Assembly (NCBI GenBank): GCA_036506735.1
Contig: DASXRG010000037.1
Coordinates: forward strand, 1,450-65,449
From: Candidatus Binatia bacterium
GTDB taxonomy: Bacteria; Desulfobacterota; Binatia; UBA9968
DNA length: 64,000 nt
Reading direction: 5' to 3'
Shown here in pieces: positions 1-8,802 of the stretch. The translations under genes and the position numbers were made by a program. The first letter of the stretch is position 1. Each line of letters opens with the position of its first letter. The notes below the pieces were generated by a model, which worked only from the letters and a program-made list of their open reading frames with translations, did no database searches and was not told the DNA's origin.

Positions 1-199
1 GCTGTTTTTCGTCGCCCCACAACTGAAGCATCTGCCGGAGAAATGAGTTTCGAGTTCAATGTTCCGAGTTCCAAGTTACAAGACAATGCTTGTCCGCTAT
101 CGTTGAACGTTAAACTCGAAACTTTAGACTCCTTTGGTTTGACATGCATTGCGCCATCCGCTACTTTTCGAAGAGTCGAACAAAATTCGCGGAGGTCCG

Positions 200-1135
200 A
201 TGACAGATTTTTATCAGGCGTGGCTGGATCAATCGGAGAAAAACGAAAAGGTGGTGAATGAAGCGCTGCGGGTGGCGCGCGGAAAGGATCTGCATTGGGT
301 ACGCACGCGGCAGGATTCTAAAGCCGCGCTCATGATCGCGCCCGAAACGGGGTTCCCGACCGGCGGCAGCTTGCTCATGAAGGCGGAGATTCCCGCCGGC
401 TGGCACACCGGCAAGCACGTCCACGGCGAAGAGGCGATCTATGTCGAGAGCGGTGAAGGCTTCATGGTTCTCGACGACAAGCGGTACGATTTTCATCGCG
501 GGACGATCTTTCACGTGCCGCATCGCGCGACGCACCAGCTCTTCAACACGGGCAAAGAACCCGTGCTCTATCTCTCGGGTCTCGCCTGGCCGCTCGAGGC
601 ATTCATCAAGATGGCGCCGATGCAGCAGCTCGAAGACACCGGGCAGAACGACGCGGCGGCGCTCGCAAAGGCGCCGCGCGAGGAATCGCAGAATTGGCCG
701 GTCGACGGCAGGCGCATCTCGATGCACGAGGAGCAATTCGAGAAATCCGACGAGAGCAAGCACGGCGCGACTTATTTTCTCATGGGGCGCAGCGGCAAGC
801 AGAACGGCTTCAAGGCGACGGCCGTGGCGATCAGCTCGATCTTCGTCGATCTGCCGCACACGAAAAGCCACAGCCACGCGCATCCCGAGGCTTATCTATA
901 CGCGCTGGCGGGCAGCGGCTATTCGGAGATCGGCGGCAAAAGGTACGATTGGGTGCAAGGCGACGCCGTGCACGTCCCCCCGGGAATGATGCATCATCAG
1001 CATTTCAATCCCCACGACGTCGATATGAAGGAACTCAGATTCGAGTTCGGCGTGCGCTATTGGATGGTGGACCAATGGCGCGGCTATGTCACGGTCGACA
1101 AGCACATGAAAGCCACGACCCACATGACGGACTAG
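200..1135 (+). CDS. bicupin-fold protein (two cupin domains), function unknown
   Basis: ORF 149..1135. GGAGG at 191-195 lies 4 nt before ATG 200. There are two cupin-type metal motifs, GKHVHGEEAIYVESG and HSHAHPEAYLYALAGSG, each followed by a second His motif. Confidence 0.75.
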   Translation: MTDFYQAWLDQSEKNEKVVNEALRVARGKDLHWVRTRQDSKAALMIAPETGFPTGGSLLMKAEIPAGWHTGKHVHGEEAIYVESGEGFMVLDDKRYDFHRGTIFHVPHRATHQLFNTGKEPVLYLSGLAWPLEAFIKMAPMQQLEDTGQNDAAALAKAPREESQNWPVDGRRISMHEEQFEKSDESKHGATYFLMGRSGKQNGFKATAVAISSIFVDLPHTKSHSHAHPEAYLYALAGSGYSEIGGKRYDWVQGDAVHVPPGMMHHQHFNPHDVDMKELRFEFGVRYWMVDQWRGYVTVDKHMKATTHMTD

Positions 1136-1262
1136 CAGGCTGCTGAAAAAAACTCATATGCTGCGTTGCGCTCAATCGCCTTCGCTCGACGTACTGAAAA
1201 AAGTACGCCTGCGCTCTTCGATTTTCGCGCGCCTTGCCTCTGAGATCTTTTTGAGCAGCCTA
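1136..1262 (+). repeat. structured intergenic repeat, copy A (second copy at 59573..59697)
   Basis: Starts 1 nt after the TAG stop. The ~100 nt core aligns with 59590..59691. Outer arms AGGCTGCTGAAAAA (1137-1150) and TTTTTGAGCAGCCT (1248-1261) are complementary. There is an internal CGTAC-loop-GTACG hairpin. Confidence 0.8.
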
Positions 1263-1288
1263 TAGGATATTTTTGCGAAAGGCTGCTA

Positions 1289-1573
1289 GTGAAATCGATC
1301 TACAGTAAACAGAACGCGGCTGAAACGGCAACGAGCGAGGCGCAGCGCAACAAGATGATGCTCGGCTTTATCGTGCGCCGGTGCGCGTGCGAGATCGGAC
1401 ATCCGCCGACGCCGGAGGAATTCGCCGAATGGGCTAATAATCAAAAGCGAGACGGGCGCCGCTATAGCCTTTTCGGCAAACAGATCTCCGCCGCCGCGGC
1501 CAAAATCATTCTCAGCCAGCCGGGACGGCTGGTGAGCGCGAGGCTTGAGGCCATTGTTAAAGGTTTGCGCTGA
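1289..1573 (+). CDS. hypothetical small protein (start uncertain: GTG 1289 or ATG 1355)
   Basis: Open frame with G/C-rich third positions and no recognisable motif. The GTG lies immediately after a repeat arm. Confidence 0.35.
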   Translation: MKSIYSKQNAAETATSEAQRNKMMLGFIVRRCACEIGHPPTPEEFAEWANNQKRDGRRYSLFGKQISAAAAKIILSQPGRLVSARLEAIVKGLR

Positions 1574-1581
1574 TCGTTCTT

Positions 1582-1953
1582 CTATTTCTTTTTCCCGCCG
1601 TCTTTCTTCAACAGCGTCGCCAGATTGCCGACAAAATCCGACGGGATGTAAACGTTGATCTCATAGGTCGCAAACCCGGGCGCCGAGATGCGCAGCGCGC
1701 ATTCGCCTAAAGAGGTTACTCTCACTTCGTAAAAGCCGTGCTCGTCCGTTTCCGCCGTATAACCAGCCCGGTTAGGATCTTTGCCGCCGCATAATTCGAC
1801 TTTGGCGCGCGGCTGTTTATCGACGTAGGCGACGCCCTCGAAGGCGACAAAGCCGCGCATCACACTGCGCCCCGATTGCGCGTAAGCCGCACCCGCCAAA
1901 AACGATAAAATAACGAGTGTAGCGATGGGGGCATTCTTCAGGCACAGGCACAC
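1582..1953 (-). CDS. secreted carboxypeptidase-regulatory-like (Ig-like beta-sandwich) domain protein
   Basis: GTG start with AGGAGG 6 nt upstream. Signal peptide ends AYAQ. The HGFYEVRV-type motif is typical of CarboxypepD_reg-like domains. Confidence 0.55.
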   Translation of the reverse strand: MCLCLKNAPIATLVILSFLAGAAYAQSGRSVMRGFVAFEGVAYVDKQPRAKVELCGGKDPNRAGYTAETDEHGFYEVRVTSLGECALRISAPGFATYEINVYIPSDFVGNLATLLKKDGGKKK

Positions 1954-1989
1954 GTCGGTCCTCCTTTCAAGTTCCCTATGGGAACCGGC

Positions 1990-2295
1990 TCAAAACGGCT
2001 CGTCTTCGTCGCGCTGAATCCTGGCGATCTCTTCGGCGGACAAATACCGCCTTCTATAGCGATCCAGCTCGTCCGGAAAATTCAGCTGGCGCTCGAAAAT
2101 TTCATGCAGCCGGTAAATCCATCTGCCGAGTTCATTGTCGCGGTATTTGAAGTCGCCCAAGGACGAACACCCAACGGTATGGGCATGACGCGCCGCCCAT
2201 TCTTCAGGCGTTATGTTTTTGTAGTCGCTGAACAAGCGTGCGGCCGATTTCTCGTAGCCCGGGTCGGCCAGCGGGACTTGTTCGTAGTCGGTCAT
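1990..2295 (-). CDS. hypothetical protein
   Basis: ORF 1990..2316, with ATG at 2295 preferred over the upstream TTG. Co-directional with, and downstream of, the SBP gene. No motif recognised. Confidence 0.4.
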   Translation of the reverse strand: MTDYEQVPLADPGYEKSAARLFSDYKNITPEEWAARHAHTVGCSSLGDFKYRDNELGRWIYRLHEIFERQLNFPDELDRYRRRYLSAEEIARIQRDEDEPF

Positions 2296-2346
2296 TTGCG
2301 TCGGCACGAATTGCAACTGACTGGACGTAACGAAACCGCAGGACGT

Positions 2347-3351
2347 CTACAACCGCACCTTCTCCGCGTAGAGCTTATCCATGAAGCCGCTGGCTTTGAG
2401 CTCTTCGAGAAAATGCGAGTCGAACAGATCGCCGGGCTTTATGTTCCTGGATTTCGGATCGACCACGGCGACGGTGTCAAGAATCGCCTGGGCGGCTTCC
2501 TTATCCGGAAGCGGGAGCGGCTTCAGTTGCGCGGCGAAGGCTTCATACATCGTATCCAGCGCCGCCGGATTGGAGCCGCTGAAATATTTTTTGATGATCG
2601 CCATGCTCTCGGGGCGGCGGGTGAGGTAAAAGTGGATGGCTTCGACGTAGCCTTTGATGAAGCGTCGCACAGTATCCTCGTCGCGCCTGATGAAAGATCG
2701 AGTCGTCATCAGGAGCGCCGTGACGATCGGAATCTCTTTCACGTCGAGGATTTTGACGCCGAGCTTTTTCGCCTCGACGGCAAATTGCTGATTCAACGGC
2801 GCGCCCTGAATCAAATTTTTGGACAGGGCCAATATCCGGTTGGGCGCCATTCCCGCGGAGACGACCTCGACGTCGTTGGCGGGATCGAGGCCGGCCCGCC
2901 GCAGAATCACGCGGGCGACGAGGTCGGACCTCCCGCCGAGTTCGGAGACGCCGATTCTCTTGCCTTTGAGGTCGGCGACCTTGCCGATATTGTCGGTGAC
3001 GGCCATCCCGTAAGGCTCGACGCTCACGTGCGAGCAGAGCGAGACGATATCCGAGCCGGCCAGAACCGGCTGAACGATCGCCAGAGGATTGCCGAAGCCG
3101 ATCACGAAATCCGCGCCGATCAGCGACTGCACGCCGCCGGCGAGCAAATCGCGGATGAAAATCTCTTCGACCTCGATGCCGTTTTGCTTGAAGACCCCGC
3201 CGTCGATGCCGATGTAGGCGATGGCGGCGCCGACCTCCCAGCCAACGTAAGCGAGCCGCACTTTTTTGGGTTCCGCGGCCGCCGCGGAAGATGCCCACAG
3301 CAGCGCGCCCAAAAATAACGCGGCGAATTTCAAGTTCCAGGATTTTTTCAT
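2347..3351 (-). CDS. periplasmic solute-binding protein, NMT1/THI5-like (NitT/TauT-type ABC SBP fold)
   Basis: ORF 2347..3531 trimmed to MKKSWNLKFAALFLGALLWASSAAAAEP (signal peptide), with GGGGAA upstream. Paralogous to 12 other ORFs in the window. Confidence 0.8.
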   Translation of the reverse strand: MKKSWNLKFAALFLGALLWASSAAAAEPKKVRLAYVGWEVGAAIAYIGIDGGVFKQNGIEVEEIFIRDLLAGGVQSLIGADFVIGFGNPLAIVQPVLAGSDIVSLCSHVSVEPYGMAVTDNIGKVADLKGKRIGVSELGGRSDLVARVILRRAGLDPANDVEVVSAGMAPNRILALSKNLIQGAPLNQQFAVEAKKLGVKILDVKEIPIVTALLMTTRSFIRRDEDTVRRFIKGYVEAIHFYLTRRPESMAIIKKYFSGSNPAALDTMYEAFAAQLKPLPLPDKEAAQAILDTVAVVDPKSRNIKPGDLFDSHFLEELKASGFMDKLYAEKVRL

Positions 3352-3459
3352 TGGTTCCCCCAGATCGAGGTCGGGCGCGCGATTGAGCGATAACGGCGCC
3401 GACCGCTCAAGGTAATATTTTCGTCGCGCAGTTGCAAGCTTGCTCCCACAGTCCGTCCC

Positions 3460-3468
3460 TGGTATTTT
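3460..3468 (+). promoter_or_regulatory. extended -10 box TGgTATTTT, 6 nt upstream of the uvrB ATG (leaderless candidate)
   Basis: TG at 3460-3461 and TATTTT at 3463-3468, with ATG at 3475. There is no Shine-Dalgarno sequence in between. Confidence 0.35.
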
Positions 3469-3474
3469 TTTTCG

Positions 3475-5514
3475 ATGGCGTTCGAGCGCAGAGAGGGCCG
3501 CTTCGAGCTGGTCTCGGCATTTCAGCCGCAAGGGGACCAGCCTCAGGCGATCGAAGAGCTGGAGCAGGGAATCCTACAGGGCAAGCGACATCAGGTTCTT
3601 CTGGGCGTCACCGGGTCGGGTAAAACTTTCACCATGGCCAACGTGATCGCGCGCGTGAATAGGCCGGCACTCGTGATCGCGCCGAACAAGACCCTCGCCG
3701 CGCAGCTCTACAACGAATTCAAGGAGCTGTTCCCGCAAAACGCGGTGCGCTATTTCGTCAGTTATTACGACTACTATCAGCCGGAGGCGTACGTTCCGTC
3801 GACGGACACGTACATCGAAAAGGACGCCTCGATCAACGACGAGATCGACAAGTTGCGCCACTCCGCGACCAAGGCGCTGCTCGAGCGGCGCGATACGATC
3901 ATCGTCGCCAGCGTCTCGTGCATCTACGGTCTCGGTTCCCCCGAGGCGTACTTCGACCTGATGGTCTACCTCGAAGAGGGGATGGAGATCGAGCGCGACC
4001 GCGTGCTGCGAAAGCTGGTCGATATCCACTATCAGCGCAGCGATTACGACTTCCACCGCGGCACCTTCCGCGTGCGCGGCGACGTCGTCGAGGTGTTTCC
4101 CGCGTATGAGGACAGCTCGGCCGTGCGGGTCGAGTTTTTCGGCGATCGCATCGAAGGTCTGGTCGAAATCGATCCGATCCGGGGCAAGGCGCAAAGACGG
4201 GTCCACAAAGCGGCGATCTATCCGGCGAGCCACTACGTGACGACCAACGAAAGGATGAAGCTGGCGGTCGAGGGCATCCGGGTCGAGCTGACGGAGAGGC
4301 TCGCCGAGCTGCGCGCGCAGAACAAACTGCTGGAGGCGCAGCGGCTGGAGCAGCGCACGCTCTACGATCTCGAGCTTCTCGATGAAATGGGCTTCTGTCC
4401 CGGCATCGAAAATTATTCGCGCCACTTGACCGGCCGCAATCCCGGCGACCCGCCGCCGACCTTGCTCAGCTACTTTCCCGACGATTTTCTGTTGGTCATC
4501 GACGAGAGCCACGTGGCCGTGCCGCAGATCGGCGGCATGTACCGCGGCGACCGTTCGCGCAAGGAGACGCTCGTGGAGTTCGGCTTCCGCCTGCCGTCGG
4601 CGCTCGACAATCGTCCTTTAAACTTCGACGAATTCGAAGCGATGGCGCATCAGGCGGTCTACGTTTCGGCGACCCCGGCGCAGTACGAGATCGATAAGAG
4701 CGGGCGAATCGTGGTCGAGCAGGTCATCCGCCCCACGGGTCTGATCGATCCGGAAGTCGCCGTGCGTCCCGCGCGCAATCAGGTGGACGATCTCCTCGAC
4801 GAGATTCGCAAGCGGAAGGAAAAAAACGAGCGGGTGCTGGTGACGACTCTGACGAAGCGGATGGCCGAAGACCTGACCGATTACTACCAGGACTTGAACG
4901 TCAAAGTGCGCTATCTCCACTCGGACATCGAGACGCTCGAGCGGGTCGAAATCATCCGGGATCTAAGAAAAGGGGTTTTCGACGTCCTGGTCGGGATCAA
5001 TCTGCTGCGCGAGGGGCTGGATCTCCCCGAGGTCTCGCTGGTGGCGATTCTCGACGCCGACAAGGAAGGATTCCTGCGCTCCGAGCGCTCGCTGATTCAG
5101 ACGATCGGCCGCGCGGCGCGGAACGTGAACGGCAGCGTCATCCTCTACGCCGACACGGTGACCGATTCGATGAAACGGGCGATCGACGAGACCAACCGGC
5201 GCCGCCGTCGGCAAACCGAATATAACAAGAAGCACGGCATCACGCCGCAAACGGTCGTGCGCTCGCTCGGCACGCCGCTGGTGGAGGTCTACGAGGCGGA
5301 CTACGTCACGGTGCCGCTGGTGGCGGAAAAAGGCGAGCGCTACGACGCGAAGCAGGACGCGCGCGCGATCGAGCGGCTCAGAAAAGAGATGAAGCAGGCG
5401 GCGGCGAGCCTGGAGTTCGAGAAAGCGGCCGAGCTGCGCGACCGCATCCGGCAGATCGAAGAACGGGAATTGGGCTTGAAGAATCCGTTGCTGGCGCGCG
5501 GCGCGGACGGATGA
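3475..5514 (+). CDS. uvrB: excinuclease ABC subunit B
   Basis: 679 aa. N-terminus has [16 protein letters not shown] followed by Walker [10 protein letters not shown]. Helicase motifs are present, as is the C-terminal UVR domain ([12 protein letters not shown]). Confidence 0.97.
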   Translation: MAFERREGRFELVSAFQPQGDQPQAIEELEQGILQGKRHQVLLGVTGSGKTFTMANVIARVNRPALVIAPNKTLAAQLYNEFKELFPQNAVRYFVSYYDYYQPEAYVPSTDTYIEKDASINDEIDKLRHSATKALLERRDTIIVASVSCIYGLGSPEAYFDLMVYLEEGMEIERDRVLRKLVDIHYQRSDYDFHRGTFRVRGDVVEVFPAYEDSSAVRVEFFGDRIEGLVEIDPIRGKAQRRVHKAAIYPASHYVTTNERMKLAVEGIRVELTERLAELRAQNKLLEAQRLEQRTLYDLELLDEMGFCPGIENYSRHLTGRNPGDPPPTLLSYFPDDFLLVIDESHVAVPQIGGMYRGDRSRKETLVEFGFRLPSALDNRPLNFDEFEAMAHQAVYVSATPAQYEIDKSGRIVVEQVIRPTGLIDPEVAVRPARNQVDDLLDEIRKRKEKNERVLVTTLTKRMAEDLTDYYQDLNVKVRYLHSDIETLERVEIIRDLRKGVFDVLVGINLLREGLDLPEVSLVAILDADKEGFLRSERSLIQTIGRAARNVNGSVILYADTVTDSMKRAIDETNRRRRRQTEYNKKHGITPQTVVRSLGTPLVEVYEADYVTVPLVAEKGERYDAKQDARAIERLRKEMKQAAASLEFEKAAELRDRIRQIEERELGLKNPLLARGADG

Positions 5515-5536
5515 TCGCGGCAGTGATCCGTCGGCA

Positions 5537-7078
5537 ATGACAAGGCTCATCCTAATTTCCATTCCCTGTTTTGCCCTCCTTCTTTTCTTCGGCCGCGCCA
5601 TTCTTGCCAGTATCAAGGAGGGAAAAATTTCACGGACCGCGCCCGCTCTGGCGTGGGAGAGACGCCGCGATCCGCTTATTTTCTGGTCGTTCCTCGCGCT
5701 CTTCGGCCTGATCGTGGCTCTTGCCGCGACGGTACTGGGCCGGGCCACGGCTGTTTTCTTGGCGCGGATTCCGACCGTGCAAGAGTTTGCGCTCAGACAA
5801 TGGAGCGCGGCGGCGCAAAAATGTTCCGACAGTCTCGATCGTCCCGACGTAGCCATCAAACTCTGCACCCAGGCGCTCGACTCGCGCGAGCTTTCGAACT
5901 TGAATCGCGCGCTGACCTTCAGCAACCGTGGCCAGGCCTATGAAGGGAAAGGAGACCATGCCCGTGCCATCCACGACTATGACGCAGCGTTGGAGCTGGA
6001 GCCTAACCTGATGATCGCGCTCGCGAACCGTGGTGTTGCCTATGCCCGCAAAGGAGATTTCGACCGCGCGCTCCGAGATTGCGATGAAGCGATTCGGCTG
6101 CAACCGGACAATGCGGCGCTTTTTAACGGCCGCGGGGTCGTCTATTTGCTCAAGGGAGATTACGATCGCGCAATCGAAGACCACGACCGCGCCTTGCAAC
6201 TGGCGCCGAACTTCTCCCTGGCGCTCAGCAATCGCGGTGCGGCGTACGTCGCCAAAGGGGAGTACGACCGCGCCGCTCAGGACTACGAACGGTCGCTGCG
6301 GCTCGACCCGAACAATGCCGAGGCTTTCTACGGCCGAGGTTATCTTTACCATAGCAAAGGCGAATACGACCGGGGGATACAGGACTATGACGCGGCGCTC
6401 AGGTTGGATCCTGACAACGCGGCGATCTATGTCGACCGTGGATTAGCCTACGTGCGCAAGAAAAACTACGACCGGGCTATACAGGACTACGACGCGGCGA
6501 TCCGGTTGGACCCGAGGATTGCGCTGGCGTTCAGCCGGCGCGGCGGGGCCTACTTTCGCAAAGGCGATCTTGCGCGCGCGATTCAGGACTACGACGAGGC
6601 GATCAATATCGACCCGAATAATGCCCAGGCCTTCAGCGGCAAAGGCCGCGCGCTTTTTTATCTCGGTCGGTTGGGCGATGCGCGGGCGGCTTTCGCGACA
6701 GCCGTCAAGGTTGCGCCGAAAGATATGTACAATGCCCTCTGGCTCTATTTGGCGCGGAGCCGGGCGGGACAAAATGGAAAAGAAGAGCTCGCCGCCAACG
6801 CGAAGAACCTGGACGCGAACGAATGGCCGCGGCCGATCGTGCAGCTCTATCTCGGCGCAGTAACGCCGAAGAACGTTCTCGCGTCCGCCGCCGATTCGGA
6901 CCCGAAGAAAAACCGCGAGCGAAATTGCGAGGCCTATTTCTATCTCGGCGAGCAGGCATTGATACGGGGCGACCGGCAAGAAGCGATAAGATTGTTTCAG
7001 GCCACGCTCGAGACCGACGTCACGAACTTCATCGAGTACCAGGCCGCACAGGCCGAGTTGAAACGCTTAGCGCCCTAA
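5537..7078 (+). CDS. membrane-anchored TPR-repeat protein with NlpI-like C-terminal module
   Basis: Two N-terminal hydrophobic helices, then about 11 consecutive 34-aa repeats (YDRAIxDYDxAxxLxPxxA). The C-terminus is paralogous to 29835..30578. Confidence 0.85.
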   Translation: MTRLILISIPCFALLLFFGRAILASIKEGKISRTAPALAWERRRDPLIFWSFLALFGLIVALAATVLGRATAVFLARIPTVQEFALRQWSAAAQKCSDSLDRPDVAIKLCTQALDSRELSNLNRALTFSNRGQAYEGKGDHARAIHDYDAALELEPNLMIALANRGVAYARKGDFDRALRDCDEAIRLQPDNAALFNGRGVVYLLKGDYDRAIEDHDRALQLAPNFSLALSNRGAAYVAKGEYDRAAQDYERSLRLDPNNAEAFYGRGYLYHSKGEYDRGIQDYDAALRLDPDNAAIYVDRGLAYVRKKNYDRAIQDYDAAIRLDPRIALAFSRRGGAYFRKGDLARAIQDYDEAINIDPNNAQAFSGKGRALFYLGRLGDARAAFATAVKVAPKDMYNALWLYLARSRAGQNGKEELAANAKNLDANEWPRPIVQLYLGAVTPKNVLASAADSDPKKNRERNCEAYFYLGEQALIRGDRQEAIRLFQATLETDVTNFIEYQAAQAELKRLAP

Positions 7079-7166
7079 GACCGCCTGACCCGCCGTGCGG
7101 GTCGCTGCGGCAGCTTGTGGCGCCGACGGCCAAGACGTATGATTCCAACAAAGCAATGACAACGGC

Positions 7167-7760
7167 ATGCGCACGATGAAGCGGTCTATCAAAAAGCGAC
7201 GAGCGGTCGGCTTCAGAGAAACGGCGCGGTTTGCGGGGGCGGTTCTGCTGCTGTTGACCGCTTGTTTCCAGCCGAGCGAGGAGCAGCGGGCGAAGAACGC
7301 GGTGGCCGTCTTCTACGACGTCTACCTCAAGCTTCATCCGTCCGGCGTGCCGCCGAAGGAGCAACAACTGGAATTCAAGAAGGTGACGTCGTCAGGCTTG
7401 GCGAGTCTTTTAGACGACGCATTCATGATCGAAGACTCGTCCCGAGAGCCGAAAAGCGGGTCGCAGCCTAAAATCGAGGGCGACCTGTTTACTTCGGTGG
7501 ATGAGGGCGCGGTTTCGTACAAGACCTTACAGTGCGAAATTCAGAAGGAATCCGCCGCCTGCGTCGCGGAACTTACGAACGTCGACGATCGCAACGGTTC
7601 CAAGCTCGCGTGGAAAGATCGGTTGTTCCTTATCAAGGAAGGAAACCGATGGGTCGTGGACGATATCGAATATCTCGGCGACCGGCCGTTCATGCACAAA
7701 GGACATCTCAGGGATGTTTTGCGACAGGTGATCGAGGAGGGGAAAAATCCGGACGATTGA
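7167..7760 (+). CDS. putative lipoprotein, unknown function
   Basis: Basic N-terminus followed by the lipobox LLLTAC. No catalytic motif recognised. Confidence 0.55.
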   Translation: MRTMKRSIKKRRAVGFRETARFAGAVLLLLTACFQPSEEQRAKNAVAVFYDVYLKLHPSGVPPKEQQLEFKKVTSSGLASLLDDAFMIEDSSREPKSGSQPKIEGDLFTSVDEGAVSYKTLQCEIQKESAACVAELTNVDDRNGSKLAWKDRLFLIKEGNRWVVDDIEYLGDRPFMHKGHLRDVLRQVIEEGKNPDD

Positions 7761-7777
7761 ACGGCTGCGGCGTCGAA

Positions 7778-8590
7778 TCACGAAGCGGGCGCCAAGCGCT
7801 CCGCGTGCCCGGGATGATGGCCCGCGCCGGCAAAGCCCAGCTGGTGCGACATCTGGCGGGCCGCATGCTTGATGAGCTTCACGTGGCTCTCGTACTTATG
7901 TGATCTCATCTGGCTCTCGGTGCCGGTCAATCCGACCGCGGCGACCGTCCGGCCTTCCATGTTAAAAATCGGCGCCGCTATGCAAACCACGTCGAGGTTG
8001 TTCTCGCTGTCGTCCGTGGCGTAGCCCTGCGCTCGCACCTGCGCCAGCTCGCGGAGCAGATGACCCAAGGTCGTGATCGTCTTGGGCGTGCGTTTGGGCA
8101 ATCCGCGGTCGCGAACGATTTCCTCGACGATTTCCTGAGGCAAGTGAGCGATCAATGCCTTGCCGACGGAAGTGCAGTGCACGTCCATCCTCCGCCCCAC
8201 CCAAGTGTTCATCCTTATGAACCCGGGCTTGTCGATTTTTTCTATGTAGACCGCCTCATGCCCGTCGAGAATGGCGAGGTGTCCGGCGAGGCCCGTTTTT
8301 TCCACCACATCTTGAAGCAGGGGATACGCCACGTCGTGAAGCTCCAGACCGCGGAGCGCCTGGCTGCCGACGCTGAACAGTTTGGCGCTGATGCGGTATT
8401 TCCCCAGAGCGTCGTCCCTGTGCAGATATCCGCGCTGCTTCAAGGTGCGCAGGATATAGCTGGCGGTGCTCTTCGGTATTTTGATCTTTCGGCTGATTTC
8501 CCCGTTGGTGAGGCCTTTTTTGCTGTGGCCCACGAGCTCGAGAATCGTCAGGGCCCGGTCGATCGCGTTAACGGTCAGCTTTTCTTTCAT
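7778..8590 (-). CDS. IclR-family transcriptional regulator
   Basis: N-terminal winged HTH ([12 protein letters not shown]...[25 protein letters not shown]) plus a C-terminal IclR effector domain. Divergent from isocitrate lyase. Confidence 0.9.
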   Translation of the reverse strand: MKEKLTVNAIDRALTILELVGHSKKGLTNGEISRKIKIPKSTASYILRTLKQRGYLHRDDALGKYRISAKLFSVGSQALRGLELHDVAYPLLQDVVEKTGLAGHLAILDGHEAVYIEKIDKPGFIRMNTWVGRRMDVHCTSVGKALIAHLPQEIVEEIVRDRGLPKRTPKTITTLGHLLRELAQVRAQGYATDDSENNLDVVCIAAPIFNMEGRTVAAVGLTGTESQMRSHKYESHVKLIKHAARQMSHQLGFAGAGHHPGHAERLAPAS

Positions 8591-8643
8591 ACCCCTTCAC
8601 CGGTTGTCCTTTTCTGGCGCGACAATCGTCTAATAGAATATTT

Positions 8644-8659
8644 GTTCACTATTATGAAC
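8644..8659. promoter_or_regulatory. candidate IclR operator O1 (GTTCACTATTATGAAC)
   Basis: Imperfect palindrome about 55 nt upstream of the IclR-family gene start. Same half-sites as O2 and O3. Confidence 0.5.
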
Positions 8660-8688
8660 AAAAACTTTGCGTGTCAACACTTATGCTG

Positions 8689-8717
8689 TTGACTTATGCC
8701 GTATCGGCCGCTAAATA
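8689..8717 (+). promoter_or_regulatory. sigma-70-like promoter for isocitrate lyase (TTGACT-17 nt-TAAATA)
   Basis: The -35 hexamer is at 8689-8694 and the -10 at 8712-8717, with an exact 17-nt spacer. It lies upstream of O2/O3 and of the GGAGGG RBS at 8791. Confidence 0.5.
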
Positions 8718-8741
8718 CAATGATCGGTATTCAGAATCTCA

Positions 8742-8781
8742 GTTCACAATAGTGAACAGATATGAGTTCACAATAGTGAAC
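8742..8781. promoter_or_regulatory. two identical perfect palindromes GTTCACAATAGTGAAC (candidate operators O2 and O3)
   Basis: Sites at 8742-8757 and 8766-8781, 24 nt centre to centre. They sit between the predicted promoter and the isocitrate lyase start. Confidence 0.6.
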
Positions 8782-8802
8782 GCTGAAAAAGGAGGGACGG
8801 AG

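Noticed and set aside
1236-1250. CTGAGA motif inside repeat copy A as a hint of a TPP riboswitch, tempting because of the many THI5-like genes
   Set aside because: The rest of the THI-box (the ACCTGATCTGGATAATGCCAGCG-like segment) is absent, and the element sits at 3' ends of genes rather than in leaders.
1978-3318. 446-aa ORF on the + strand overlapping the SBP gene and a hypothetical gene
   Set aside because: It is a shadow frame of a GC-rich region. The translation is Arg/Gly/Ala-rich low complexity with no motif, while the opposite strand encodes a protein with a signal peptide and many paralogues.
3383-3410. Inverted repeat TTGAGCG-N14-CGCTCAA upstream of uvrB as a possible SOS/LexA box
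   Set aside because: It does not match any LexA consensus I know, and nothing similar is upstream of uvrC. It could equally belong to the divergent SBP gene.
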